A DNA stretch of 64,000 nucleotides from Lama guanicoe (GCA_013239625.1 MU053758.1:2728001-2792000), one strand, 5' to 3'. Positions 1-12,356 are shown, counted from the stretch's first letter. Made by a program: numbers and translations. The notes: generated by a model from the letters alone, not told the origin.

Positions 1-830
1 ATTTGCCTTTTTCACTCTTACTTTCTTCCAAGTGTACAACAGAAAGTCCCAGAGGCTCCATGACATATGACATTATATAACTAAATATGTCAACAATTGG
101 AATATCTGTATAAATAAGTAATGGATATTTTCCAAATGACCGATTCATATTATAAAATCATGCAGGGGTAAAAGATCCATTCAAACTGCAAGAGAGAAAT
201 CAATGGATTTTAATGTAACAGTATTAAAAATTCACTGATGTGATTTTTACAACATCTGCTGAATCTTAGCATAATTATCAAAGAAAAATATCCACATTTA
301 TCTGAAAGGCTTTAAAAATACTCCTCCCTTTCAAACTAAGTATCTGATGTGCAAGACTAGATTCTCTTTTATTTTGGGGCGGGTAATTAGGGTTTTGTTT
401 ATTTGTTTTGGTGGAGGTACTGGGGATTGCTTGTATGTGCATGCTAGGCATGCACTCTACCCCCGAGCTATACCCTCCCCCCAGATTCTCTTTATATACA
501 TCAGCTGAAACAGCCTACCTACCTGCAACAACTGAATGCAGAAGCAGATAGGAGAATTCAGCTGTATTCTATCAAGCCAAACATCAAAGAGATTTGCAAA
601 AATGTAAAACAATGCCACTATCTTCACCAATTTTCTGTTGTTTTAAAAAAATGATTATTTTTCACTAAAATGTCATTTATATTAATATAAAATGGTATGT
701 TTTTTGTTACTTTTAAGTACAAAAATTTTTTTTAATTTCTAAAATGGTGATATGAAAAGATATAATACATATTAACAAAAACTCTGTAGGAGTCTCAATT
801 TTTAAGGGTATAAAAGGTGCTAAGACCAAA
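1..830 (+). mobile_element. hAT/Charlie1-like DNA transposon fossil (3' part), interrupted by a SINE
   Basis: ctgaatgcagaagcagataggagaattcagctg...aaagagatttgcaaaaatgtaaaacaatgccac and terminal aaaaggtgctaagaccaaaa resemble the Charlie1 3' consensus as I recall it. Confidence 0.65.
370..482 (-). mobile_element. tRNA-Ala-derived SINE (Vic-1-like)
   Basis: Minus strand reads ggggagggtatagctcgggggtagagtgcatgcctagcatgcac...ccccagtacctcc plus A-rich tail; TSD agattctcttt at 359-369 and 483-493. Confidence 0.85.
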
Positions 831-837
831 ACTATGG

Positions 838-1220
838 CTCCAGCCATACCACACTATTTTCAGTTCCTAAACATCATGTGATGTTTGTCTCCCAGCCTCT
901 GCGTGTGCTTTTCTCTCTGCTTTGTACACTCTCATCAATCTGCCTGGACAGCTCCCACTCAACACTCATGTCTTGGTTTAAACATCACTTTCTCCCTGGT
1001 TGCTCATGCTGGATTAGGTGCCCCTCCCATGTACTCCCATAGTACTCTGTTCTAGCCTATATCATAATCCCATCCTGCAATTGACTATTTATTTACATGC
1101 CTGCATTACCGACTAAATTCCTTGTGTGCTGGGATCAGGCCTTGTTCACAGGTAAATCCCCAGAGCCTATGGCACTGTCTGGCACATACAAGCATTTGTG
1201 AATATTTATTGGTAGAATAA
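838..1220 (+). mobile_element. L2 LINE 3' end fragment
   Basis: cttgttcac...atccccagagcctatggcactgtctggcacata...aatatttattg resembles the L2 3' terminus. Confidence 0.65.
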
Positions 1221-1379
1221 GTTAATGTAATATTAATCATAACCAATGAAGTACTGTTATTTTCATCAGAAGACTAAGGCTCAGAGAAATGATGTGTTCA
1301 AATTCACCTAGAAAGTCTGAGCTGTACTCCAAGTCTTTTACCTTCAAACCCTCACTCTGGAACAGGTGGAACAGTTTAC

Positions 1380-1462
1380 CTGGGAACTAATGGCATACTT
1401 CAGGTAGGACAGGATGAGAGGATTGGGGGAAGGTCCAATCATGGCCTGCTCCAGTAGTGCTT
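1380..1462 (-). CDS. MED24: Mediator subunit 24, second coding exon (EALLEQAMIGPSPNPLILSYLKYAISSQ); gene continues past the left window edge
   Basis: Acceptor ttacag at 1463-1464, donor gtaaac at 1379; 83 nt, in phase with the 130-nt first coding exon; peptide matches the MED24 N-terminus. Confidence 0.95.
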
Positions 1463-1550
1463 CTGTAAGGGGAATAACAAAGTAAGACTCAGTGGTTACA
1501 GCTTCTCTGGGTTTAGCCCTCCCATCCATCCTTCCTACTTCACTTGAGAC

Positions 1551-1680
1551 CTGCTAGGTTGAGAATGTCCCAGGTGGCTCCTTTGGGAAAGAATTTCTTC
1601 ATGTTGATTGCCCATTGGTAGTCACTCCATCGCTCCTTCCAAGCTTGCAAAATGGCTTGCTTCAGGTTCACCACCTTCAT
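1551..1680 (-). CDS. MED24: Mediator subunit 24, first coding exon (MKVVNLKQAILQAWKERWSDYQWAINMKKFFPKGATWDILNLA); exon starts about 1715
   Basis: ATG at 1680-1678, donor gt at 1550-1549, acceptor cacag at 1716-1717. Confidence 0.95.
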
Positions 1681-2150
1681 GATTTCACTCAGGAGGCCAG
1701 GCCGGTGGCGGTCAGCTGTGAGGCGGGAGAAAAAAAGCTAGAAAAGGGGTGAAGAGATTCTGAGGAAAAGAACGGGGCGTGGGGGGAGGGGGCAGCGAAT
1801 AGAGTAAAATGGAATGGAGAAGATACAGGATGATTTAAGGGAGGCAGAACTAGAAAGGGAAAAAAAGGGAAAGGGGGCAAAGTAGGGATCCTGTTAGGTT
1901 CTTCCCTCCTAAATCATCCTTGAAACTGGAGCACTAAGGTGTCAAAGGGACTTTGATACAGAGATAAATGGGCAGCAAGGGGTTAAGCTGGTTCCGGTTC
2001 CCTAACTCTGCCCTTAGCTCTCGCTGCGTCCCTCAGCCGCTACCACTCAAATCCAGATTCCGCCCCCCTCGCCCGCATTTCCTCTACCTTCCCCAACCCT
2101 GAAATTTCCTATTTCCTTTTCATCCACCACCTCCCCAAATTTAAGCCTAC

Positions 2151-2195
2151 CGGACAACCTAGTCCTAGATCCTAGGCATCACCATTTTGGCACTT
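2151..2195 (-). other. MED24: Probable non-coding first exon of MED24 (5' end approximate)
   Basis: Donor ccg|gtaggc at 2150; YY1-like AAAATGG near 2182-2188; lies directly downstream of the promoter motifs. Confidence 0.6.
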
Positions 2196-2470
2196 ATTAA
2201 AGAGCTGATTTTCTATTGGCTGAGAGTAACCAATATTAACCAATCGGGATGCAGCAAGAGCCCGGTCACGCCACGATGTCTTCTGGGAATTGTAGTTCCT
2301 TGGACTCCGCGAGCAAGCTAGGGGACGAAGCTAGTCAGCCTGCATTGTTACTCTCCTTTAGAGGACAGGTAGGAGCTGAAGCATCGCAGAGACTCGGGGG
2401 ACTTAGAGGGAAAAGTTCTTGAAAGGCTTCTCGCAATCAGGCTTCGTTCAATGACGTCACTGTCCACCGA
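2196..2470. promoter_or_regulatory. MED24 promoter: CCAAT boxes, ZNF143/THAP11 motif, CRE
   Basis: attgg/ccaat three times at 2215-2244; ACTACAATTCCCAGAA on minus at 2281-2296; TGACGTCA at 2452-2459; CpG enrichment. Confidence 0.8.
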
Positions 2471-2764
2471 GCATTTAAATCACATCCCGACATCCTTTCA
2501 TTATCCGCTAGTTAATAGGCACGCCAAGGGTGTGGCGTTCGTTCAGCAATAGGCTTTCTCTTTCTGGTCTTTTTTTATTCCCTCCTCCTAAATCCCTAAG
2601 TCTACCAGGGTTCTTCTCATTTCCACACCTGTATTCCAGAAGCGACATTGAGGTTCTGTCACTTGCACACACATCACCCACTACTTCACCCCCAAATCTG
2701 GCAGTCCTCCCAGTATTAAGCAATAAGGAGGAAACTGAGGTTTAGGTTATCAAAACTAAGGAAA

Positions 2765-3040
2765 GTTTGAGAAACTGTCATAGTCAAAAGGGCCTAAGGA
2801 GACATGATGACTAAATGTGACTTGGTATCCTGGATGTGATCCTGGAACAGAAGAACATTAGATGAAAACTCAGCAGACATTAGTTAATAATGTATCAATA
2901 ATGGTTCATTAATTCTAACAAATGTACCATACTAATGTAAGTTCCTAATAAAAGGGAAAACTGGGCGGGGGTACAGGTACTCTATCTTCAAATTTTTTCC
3001 CATAAATCTAAAAATATTATTTTTTTAAGTTTATTAAAAA
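2765..3040 (+). mobile_element. Old L1 (L1MC-like) 3' end
   Basis: taaggagacatgatgactaaatgtga...tcctggatgtgatcctggaacagaag...tgtatcaat...aaatctaaaa resembles L1MC-type 3' UTR. Confidence 0.6.
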
Positions 3041-6000
3041 CAATGGAATGTCTTGCTTATCCTAGTGTTTTGGGTATTAGACTTTTTCCACCCCCAGTGC
3101 GAATCCCAAAAGCAAATGCTACCCACCTGGCTCCAACATCTGAGCCTCCCTATAAACAGCCCTCATCCCTGTCCTGTTTGTGGACAGGTCGTCCCTAACA
3201 TTTACAACCCAAACAACATGGAAGCCCCCAGCCACCCCTATTTCCAGCTCCCCATCCCATACCATGAGAAGCCTCATATTCCCAACCAGGAGTTCAAGCT
3301 CCATCTGTATTTCCCAACAACCATTCTTTGGTCACCCTTTCAGTGGCAAAATCAGTCCTCAGAGGGACATATCTGGAAGACCAGTCCACTCAGACTCTGG
3401 AATCAAACCTGAGGCCCTCAGGGCAGAGAATGACAGGATTCTGGGTATCTGGAGCAGAGTCTAAATTGGGAGACAAGAACTTATGTTCTGAAGGAGAGAG
3501 TGCAGCTGGAGGAGAGCCAGATCACACCCCTCTAAGGTCTATGGCTTTCCTCCCTCCCAATACGCCCACCCACAATCCCCTCCATTCTGCTCCCTTTAGT
3601 GCCTGCCCAAGTGACACTGCTGGGGAATAATGTTTATACAAAACAGCTGCCAAATATGTGTAGCCAAAGCTTCCAAAGCAGGAAGGAGGGAGAACCCAGA
3701 CTCCTCACACTTAACCTCCAAACACCCCCTCCCCTCCCCACACACACACACTTGAGACAGCCACAGACCCTGTTTCCCTGCAATCTCTCACATAGCTGGC
3801 TTCCCTTCTTCTCCCAAGCCCCTCACTCCACCATTGCCTGCTTCCTTCCTCTCATCCCTTTCCTGTTACTGCAGGTTAGGACCCCCTACCTTGACCCATC
3901 CCTGGATCCTGCAGCTCCTTTCCCACCCCTTACAGCCCAAACTGCCCTCTGTCAACTTTGTGACCGACAGCTCCTGACTTAATGGGTACTAGATCCAATC
4001 TACATGGAAGTGGGGAATATCTGGGCCTTAAAGATATTGGTATTCTGAACTTAAACCATCCCCCTCTGGCAGGAAACCTGGCAGATCTCGGGGCGGGGTG
4101 GGGGTGCCTCCTCCCCACTTTACATTGGCAGGGAGGTGGCTTCTGTAGTGAGCCCATCTGCCTTCCCTTTCCCCGACCTCTCACCAGCAGCCCTCCCTGT
4201 AGGCTTGTCAAGGTTTCCCTAAGAACTGGACTCCTAAGGGAGTAAAGGAACTCCCTTAGTTCTGGGCAAGGGCTATTTCCAATTTCTCTACTTTGTCCTG
4301 ACTCCCTGGTCTGTAGATATCAGAGGCAGCCATACCATCTTTCTCTCCATATCAGCATCACTTCCTAGGACCCACAAGCTTTCTGGCTTGCCCACTACAA
4401 GGACGGGACTCCATGATAATCTTCCAGTGGATGAAAGAAGAGATGCCAACATCCCCTTTGGGTGTAGAAGGAAACCCTTCCCCCAACACAACCCCTCTAA
4501 AACATCCCTCTTACTGTCTCCACTTTCCTGGGATGTCTGTTTCTTCTCCCTCAGCACTGAGAGAGGCTGAGCTCCCAATTCTGCTCTCTGAACCCCAAGC
4601 CCAAGCTCTTCATTGTGTTGGTTGGTCTGGCTGGGGAAGGAGCCTGGCTGGAGAAGAGGGGCAGGGAGAAGCCAGCCAGACAGAGCGACATGGCAGCTCT
4701 GAAACAGTGGCAGAAAAGGAGGTAAGTCTAGGTGGGGACTTGAGGTAGGGTAAGAGGCTGTGGGGAACTGGGTTTTGGGTACCCAAGAAGATGGAGCCAT
4801 TCCTTATCTAGGCTGGAAAGAAGTATAAGGAAAAGTGGCGAGAGTCTAGACCCAGGGACGCTGAAATAGTTGGGAAACGTACAAGACACAAAGGGTTTCC
4901 TCTTCCCTTCACTCTGTAGGGAAACTGAGTCATTCCCCTCCCCTAACTGGAATATTTTCCTTTGGAAGCTTGCCTGGGCCCCCCCCACCATGGGGAGTTA
5001 ATTGGCAGCAGGTGGATGGGGAAAGAAAAAAAGTCATTCCCACATACTCATACACAGCTGGCTCCAAACCCAGTTTCTTCCCCCAACTAGTCCCACAGCA
5101 AAATCCCTTTCTCTCTTTCTGGGGAAGAAGAGGATGGGGAAGAAGGCTACAAGGTGGCTCCCCACTCAGGGATCGCTCCTGGATCCCCACACCTCTGTCT
5201 CTGTCTTCCTGCTGCCCCCAGGAAAGGTCCAGAAAGAGACCAGCCAGGACAGTGAAAGGCAGAACTTGAACCAATCCTAGAGAGGCTGGTTTCCTCTCTA
5301 ACACCCTGAAAGATGCCACACCCTCCAGCATGGAAGCGAAGACAGTACTGTGACTCTGAGGTATGGACAATGGCAGGGAGGGAGGTCAGCTGCCCCCGCT
5401 CTGGGTCCTGAGAGCCACTCTGTACTCCTGGCCTCCACACCAGCCTGTCCCATCCTCTCCTTCAACTGGAGGGGGAGGCTGTAGTATGGTAGGTAAACCT
5501 CCCCTCTGCCCTCCTGGCAAAGCAGGATGAAGGGGTTCCATGTAGGAGTGAAACAAGAAGCTGGGAAAGTTCAGGGGATCCAATACTTGGTATGTATTAA
5601 ATGCTCAAAAAAAAAAGTGTCAAATGAATAAAAGTAAGAGAAACCCTGGCAGACAACCTGGAGAAGGTGTCAGTTTCTTTTTCCACTTCTTGCCTCAGCT
5701 ACCAAAAGCAAGGCTCAGCTAGGCCTGAGTCCCTTCCCTGGCTCCCTTTTTTTGTGACCCACAACCAGGGCATCTGATGGGACAAAACTGATTGATGTGG
5801 GGGGTATATTAAGGGGCGACTTTCCTCTTGGCATGGCAATTGTTTGCTAATTTCCCAGCCTCTCATCTCTGCCAAACACTTGATTCCCAACTCCCCATAA
5901 ACTGCACCCTCCCCTTTCTTTCCTCTATTTTCAGCATCTTTTTTCTTGATTAAAGATCACTCAGGGGGAGAAATACCTGGGTTTTAATTTCTCTTAGTGG

Positions 6001-7762
6001 CACCTCAGTTTCCTCTGTTTTCCAGAGTCTTTCTAGAACTCCCCAATAAGTGAGGCTGTGTCTGCAGAGACAAAGGGTGACTGCTGAACACCTCATCACT
6101 TGCTGACATCACCCAGAGCCCAGGAGGTCAAGACAAGATGGGGAGGGGAATTACTGAGGCCCAGACCACTGAGCTAGCTTGAGGGCAGGCTGACAGAGGG
6201 CTTGTCTCCTGTTCCCTCAAACTGGGGCTTCTTGGCAGGGCTGGAGAAGGCTGTGTGGAGTCTTGGCTTCCAGACTTTGGGGGAAGCTCTTCAGAAAGAT
6301 ATCTGGATCCCCTAGTTTCTAAAGGTAGGACCCTTGAGAAATCTTGGGGTGCTTCCTAGCAACAGTCTGGGAGGGCGGGATGGAGGAAGGAAGAGAGGGA
6401 GGGGCCTGGGCATAGCTGATCCGATGGGAGCCCAAAGAACAGGCTGTTCCTGCTGCCTCCTTGGCAACCAGAATCGAAGAGGGAGGGGGCCGTCAGACAT
6501 ATCCCCTTGGAGGGTCTCTATCCATCTTCACTCATGCCCCACCTTCCTGCTCTCCCTTTGGCCTCAGCCCTGAAGCAGTGGGGGGGGTGGGGAGTAGCCC
6601 TGGTAGGGGTGTCATGGCAAGAAGGGAACAGGAGCTGAGGATGAGATGACTCTGAAGGGAGCTAGAAGCTTCTAGAAATGGAGGTAGGCAGGGTGAGTAG
6701 GTTGGAAAGGGGAGTGATGCAGCCCAGGGCCAGGGGCTGTAAGCCCAGGCTTGGGCTAGATCCTGGATCTGGCGAGATACCTGCTTTGGAGGCAGTGTGC
6801 CCTTCTCTTTGCCCTTGCCCAGGTCTGTTACCAGTCCCTATTGGGAGCCAAGGAAAGGGAAAGAGGTAAGATGAATGGTGAACTTTCATCTTTGAGTTCA
6901 AGATGCCTGGTCAGGCCCTCAAGGGGGAGAAAGGCAGATAGAAGGCATCTCATTTTCTGTGGCTCTGGGTCAGGATTTCAAAGAGTTCCCCTTACCCAAT
7001 ATTTTTAAGGCCTTCCATCTAAGAGATGTGGTGGGGAAGCCAGAATGAAGGGGAAGCAAAAACCATAACACTTTCCCCATCCCCCTCTGGACTCGTCACC
7101 CTGCCCTAATCCAGATTACTGCTAGAGCTCTCCATTGTCTCCTGCTTCTGTAGTTCTGGCTGATCGATGCCCAGGATAAATGGAGCTCATCTCATAAATG
7201 CATCTTATGCACTGAGATTATCTCCCAAGTCCTTGGGCAGCCCAGTCCCAAGGGACTGCTTCCATACATGGTACAGCCTGCACCCTGAACACTGCACACC
7301 ATAGCCCTGCTCCCCAGGGTTTCAGCCAAGCCCGATCACTGAGGAGGTGGCACTGACTAGCAGTTACCCTCTGTGCACCTCCCACTGCATGCTGCCCTGA
7401 CCCTGCGAGATCAGCCTCCCGCCCCACACTGCAGCTGTTGCCTGTCCACCATGAGCCCAGGCTGAACGCACAGGTTCACTTACTGCATGCTAACTCTGCA
7501 GACTGCAGCCCCAATTTCCCACTGCAAGCTCCTTCACCCTCTGAAAACCCCTCATCACCACCACTCTGCTCTGCATCCCATGGGTTTCATCCCAACTGCC
7601 TTTCTCATCCTTGTGATTCCAGGGGGTCCCAGGAGAGGCGCCCTCCTCTCTCCCATGTATTGCAAAGCCCAGTACCCCCTGTGAAAGAAGTGGCTCCAAG
7701 AGAGCTGAGGATGCAGGTGGCTGAGACGAAGTTGAGTGAGGGCAGCCCAACTCAGAACCCCC

Positions 7763-7765
<3 letters not shown>

Positions 7766-7798
<33 letters not shown>
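7766..7798. repeat. (CA)n microsatellite
   Basis: Read directly. Confidence 0.95.
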
Positions 7799-7800
<2 letters not shown>

Positions 7801-8729
7801 CTTTCCAAGCAGACTGCAGAGACAGGGCCCCGCCCTGGGAGCCGTGGGAAGGCTGTGGCCCCCGCTGGTAAAACTGGGCTAATGACAGCAGGGGAACAGG
7901 CAGGGCCAGGGGGGTGCTGGGGTAATTAGAGCTCTGCCTGGCGCTGGGAGATCCCGAGATGAAAGAGGCTCGGGCGTCACTGGGTTGGTTTTATGTCCAT
8001 GAATGCAGGTGTGTGTGCGTGAGGGGTGGGACTGGCATAACAGACACCTCTCCTTTGGGGAAGGGGATCCAGTTTTACACAGCCCACCCTCCCCCTTAGA
8101 TTGGCCCTGTACACTTGGATTTGGGTGGGGGCAAACGAGGGAAGAAAAATCACCTCTGTGAAGCAAAATCACCTCTGTGAAGCTGAGAGTTGAAGGGGTT
8201 GGCAAGCCTTGCCCCCTCCCCAGCTCAGCAAGCGGACCAGATTGTTGAGAAATGACTGGTGACAGTGAATAGAAAAAAGCCTATATTGGAGGAGGGTGAC
8301 ATTTTAAAGAGGAGGCAGTAGATCAGGTAATGATGTTAGAAATGAGCGTGCAAGGGAGGTCGTGGGGAAGCAAACCTCCAAAAGGATTAAAAACAGGAAT
8401 GATTGAAGTGAAAAGGACCTCAGGAGTCACCTGTACAATCCTCAAATTTTAAGGTTGAGGAAGCTGCCACCTAAAGCGGTGGTGATTTGCTCAAGGTCAC
8501 ACAGTGAGTTACTGGCAGAGAAAGGACCCGAACTCAGAAACAAATTAGAAATCTCCTGGGGTTTGGTATTTAGACTTTCTCCTCGACTTCTAAGGTGCAG
8601 CGGCTTGTCGATACTCCTTTCTCCATTTTCCCCCCCGCCCCGTGCAACCCTCCAAACCTCCGATTCTTCCAGCAAGCGAAGAGTATTTTTTAAATGACAT
8701 CCCTTCCAAAATGTGTCACCAAGTACCAC

Positions 8730-9500
8730 TCCTGCCGGAGACGCCTGGAGCGGGGCGGGCGAGGGCGGGCGGGGCGGGAGCAGAGGCACAGCCAGAGCGG
8801 GGCGGGGGAGGGAGGAGCCAAGAGCGGCCGCCGCCTCTGCCGGAGGAGCCGCGGGGCCGCCACACTCGCCCCCCGCCCCCCCGCGCTCACTCGCACTCAC
8901 ACCCGGGCGCAGGAGGCGGGCGGCCCGGGCCCCACCGGCCCCCCATGGACGCCCCCGGCACGGGGCGCTGAGACCCCCGCGTCGCTGCCCAGCCCGGTCC
9001 AGCGCGCCACGCCGAGGTAAGGGGGAGGGAGCGAGGGGGCATTAATATGCAAATGCAACGCGATTGATTATGCAAAGCCGTGGGGCTCTCTGGCCAGCTC
9101 CCAGGCGGGCTGGGGGCGCCCGGGGGGTACCCGCCGCCAGCCTTAGCCTTCCCAGGTGCTCCGGTGACCCTGTCACTGGCCGGGAGCTTGCAACTTGCGC
9201 CCTGGGGAAGGGAGGTGTTGCTGGGAGGTTGGTGGGCCCCGGGGTTCTCAGGCGGAGATGGCGTCCGGGCCTCCCCCTCGGGGGCCCGCCCGGCCTCTGT
9301 CCGGCCCGTCCGCTGCGCATTCCCGGGCCCGGCCCCGCTGCCGGCCGCCGGAGCTCCCCCGCCCGCCGCGCCGCGGTTTGTTTACGGTGCGCCCGAGGCC
9401 TGCCCCCCCAGCCCCCACCCTAGCCTCCCCAGCCGAGGCCGAGTGGTCTTTGCAAAGCTGCCTCCAGCTGCGGAGGGCGGGATGAGTGGGGTGGGGGGTG
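8730..9500. promoter_or_regulatory. THRA: THRA CpG-island promoter with GC boxes
   Basis: Very high GC and CpG content; clustered GGGCGG at 8750-8810. Confidence 0.9.
8800..9016 (+). other. THRA: THRA non-coding exon 1 (5' end approximate)
   Basis: Donor GAG|gtaagg at 9017; sequence resembles the mammalian THRA leader. Confidence 0.85.
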
Positions 9501-10599
9501 GGCTTGCACGGGCCCCGGGAGAAGGAAGTCCCCCCGCCTTCACCCGCCTCCCCAATTGAACATGGCTCTCTGGTTGCAACACTTCTAATTGCAAAAACGA
9601 GGCTGGGGGTGGGGGTATGTATGTGTGCTGGGAGCGGGGAGACTGTATCTGAGGGTCCCTAGATGATTAGAGTTGCAAGCTAGGGTGGTTGGGGAAGAGG
9701 GAGGAATGGATCTGTTTTGTGTGTGCCATCCGTTGTTTCTCTTCCCTTGCAACGTGTCTCTGGTGCCCCTTCTCTGCCTGCCCCCCTCCCCTGTCCAGCG
9801 CGAAGGAAAAACCTGGGGGTGGGGGATGAGAGGGGCAATGGAAAGAGCCACGCATTTCCAGGGGTGGAGGTCGCAGAAGGAAAACCAGTGGGATGTGAGC
9901 CCACCCCTCAATGCTGGCTCTGGCCCCAGGAGGGGGAAGGGATGAAGGGGGCTGTCGTCCAAGATGAGGGGGGAAGCAAATGTGACATGCAGACGCAGAG
10001 CTATGCCCACACAGACAGCTACATGCACACCCAGGGACACCCAGGCAGACTCAAGGACAGGAGCTGCTGGACACACCCACATGGGGACAAGGGAAGAGGC
10101 AGGCTGCCGCTGCACAGGGGAGCTTGGAGGGGTGGGACACACCCACGGAAGACCAAGAGCGGGAAGACCGACCCAAGCGCATACCCACGCACAGGGTCAC
10201 AGGGAGATGCTGTCACACACAGGGGCAAGGAGGAGTCGCTGTCACCCACACAGAAGTCACTATCGCATGCATGCATGAACACAGAGCAATTGCACACAGC
10301 CGCACATTACAAAAGACCCTGTCACTCACAGGCACACACGTGCTCTCATGAGCGCAGTCACACAGGCATCATCGCCCTGCCGTGACAGTCGCCGTCACTC
10401 AGTCAAACACAGTTACACATCAACACATGTATACACAAATTAGCAACAAGTATTTTTCTGGACTCTTAACTGTGGATCTCTGAGGTGCTGTATACAACAA
10501 AACCCCTGTTCCCAGAACAATTCAATTTGTCTGGGTGAAAAGACTTTCCTACATAATGGTGTATGGCATGCATTCAGGATAACATTCTCCATCTCTTTC

Positions 10600-10725
10600 G
10601 CCTTTCACCCCACCCCATTAGATGGTGAGCTCCTTGAGGCCTGGGAGAATCTCTGGAAGAGCTCTGGATCCCACCCAGAGCCTAGCACAGGAAGTGCTCT
10701 GTAAATACTTGTTAATTGATTGACT
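10600..10725 (+). mobile_element. L2 3' end fragment
   Basis: ttagatggtgagctccttgagg...cccagagcctagcacag...taaatacttgttaattgattga. Confidence 0.6.
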
Positions 10726-12356
10726 GTAGGAACTCTGGACACAGGTGCACTCATTTGCACACAGTCCCAGGGACTCAGGTGCAGAGGCATTCACAAGACT
10801 CAGGTCCACGCAGTCACAGTCTACGACCTCAGGTGCACACTCTGTAGTTATGTAGTCAGGCACACCCCAAGATATACATGTAGTCATAGACTTTTTTCCG
10901 TTTTTTTTTTTTTTGAGGGAAAGAGAAATTAGAGCAAAGAGAGTAGATAAGGGGGTTCTAGAGGGCCGAGTCACTAGCCTGAAGCAGTGTCCAGTGACTT
11001 CCGGCAGCTGGTATTATCCTGGCTGCTGGGGGGATGGGGGTTTTGGGGAGACCTGGCTCATAAGGAGCAGCCCCATTCCCCACCCCAAAAGCCAAGGGGA
11101 ATCTAGTTGCCCCCGCTGGGTTCATTTGTCTAAGAAGTTCCTGGGTATGTTCACTCGCCAGCTCACTCCTGCCTCCCACCGTGAGTCTGGCCCCTGTTCC
11201 CACCTCTGCCCTCCTGTCTAAACTTGGAAGCCTCCCTTAGGGGGCCGTATGCTGGTGAGTGTCTGGGTGAGTGATGTGTATTTTTGACTTGGAATTTCTC
11301 TCCAATGCTGTCTCTCTGTTGCCCTGTCTTGCTGCGTCTATTCTCCCTCCCCGTGTTTCTCTGCCAATCTGGAACTCCCTCTCACCCTGTCCCTACCCCT
11401 GTAGACCCCTGTTCTGGTCTCTTGTTCCTGCCACAGCCTCCTTTCTCTGAGCTGGGAACTGGCAGTGATGGTCTTCATTCTTTTCCAGTTGTTAATACTC
11501 AAGCCCCGCCCCTCAGCCCCGCCTGCCCTGCCTGTGGGGTCAGGGAGAGGTTGGGGTAGGGGGCGGGGGGCTCAGCTGGCTGCTCAGGACATCCTGCACT
11601 TCCTCAGTGCTGCAGCTGCGGCCCTCCAGTTTGGGGGGCTGGGGATGGGGGGGAAGGGAAGGGGGACAGCTACTGCCCACGCTGACCTCTCAGGGTTGGC
11701 CGGCTCAGGCAGGAGACACCAGCTGCAGGGAAGCCCTGGGTGTGCAGACTACAGCGAGCTTGCTCCCATACAGGCCAGGGTGGAGGCTCCCGCCACACTG
11801 ACCCTCTGGAAAAACGATCGCCCCTGTGGGCAGTGGCGGGAGTTGGCAGCACCCAGCTAAGTTGGGTCCGTGGCAGGACTCACAATGGCCTTTCTCCATA
11901 CCCCTGGCAGCTGAGACCCTCCTCAGAGATGGCCAACAGCTGTGTCTGCTTTGCCCAGCCCAAGCCTGGTTCTGAGGGCACAGCTGCCCAGACCTTGTGT
12001 GAGGCTGAGGGAGGCCCTCTCCCCTCAGTACAGACTCCAGCCCGGAGTGGCAGAATGGGCAACTCTTCCAGAGAGGGAATTTGAACAGGGGACACTGGGG
12101 CAGGAGGCCCAGAGCCCCGGGGGCACCTACCATTTCTAGCCATGCTCCCCTCTAGCTGTGGCCTCTATGGTGGACAAGGAGGCACGGGTCAGAATTCTAA
12201 CCATAGAGAATCCATGGCTGCTACAGAAAGGGAAACTGAGGCTTGGTCACAGGGACCAGCATTTCATAGCCCGATGAAAGCACAAGGTATTGTTCCTCTA
12301 GCAGGTAATATGCTATAATGGTTAAAAGCAGGGATTTTTTGTTTGCTTTTTCAGTT

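Noticed and set aside
3053..3630. Overlapping ORFs as a separate small gene
   Set aside because: No recognisable protein; an acceptor at 3096-3097 exists but no convincing donor
8442..10385. Many overlapping ORFs at the THRA promoter and intron 1 start
   Set aside because: Stop-codon depletion in GC-rich and CA-rich DNA; mostly non-ATG starts
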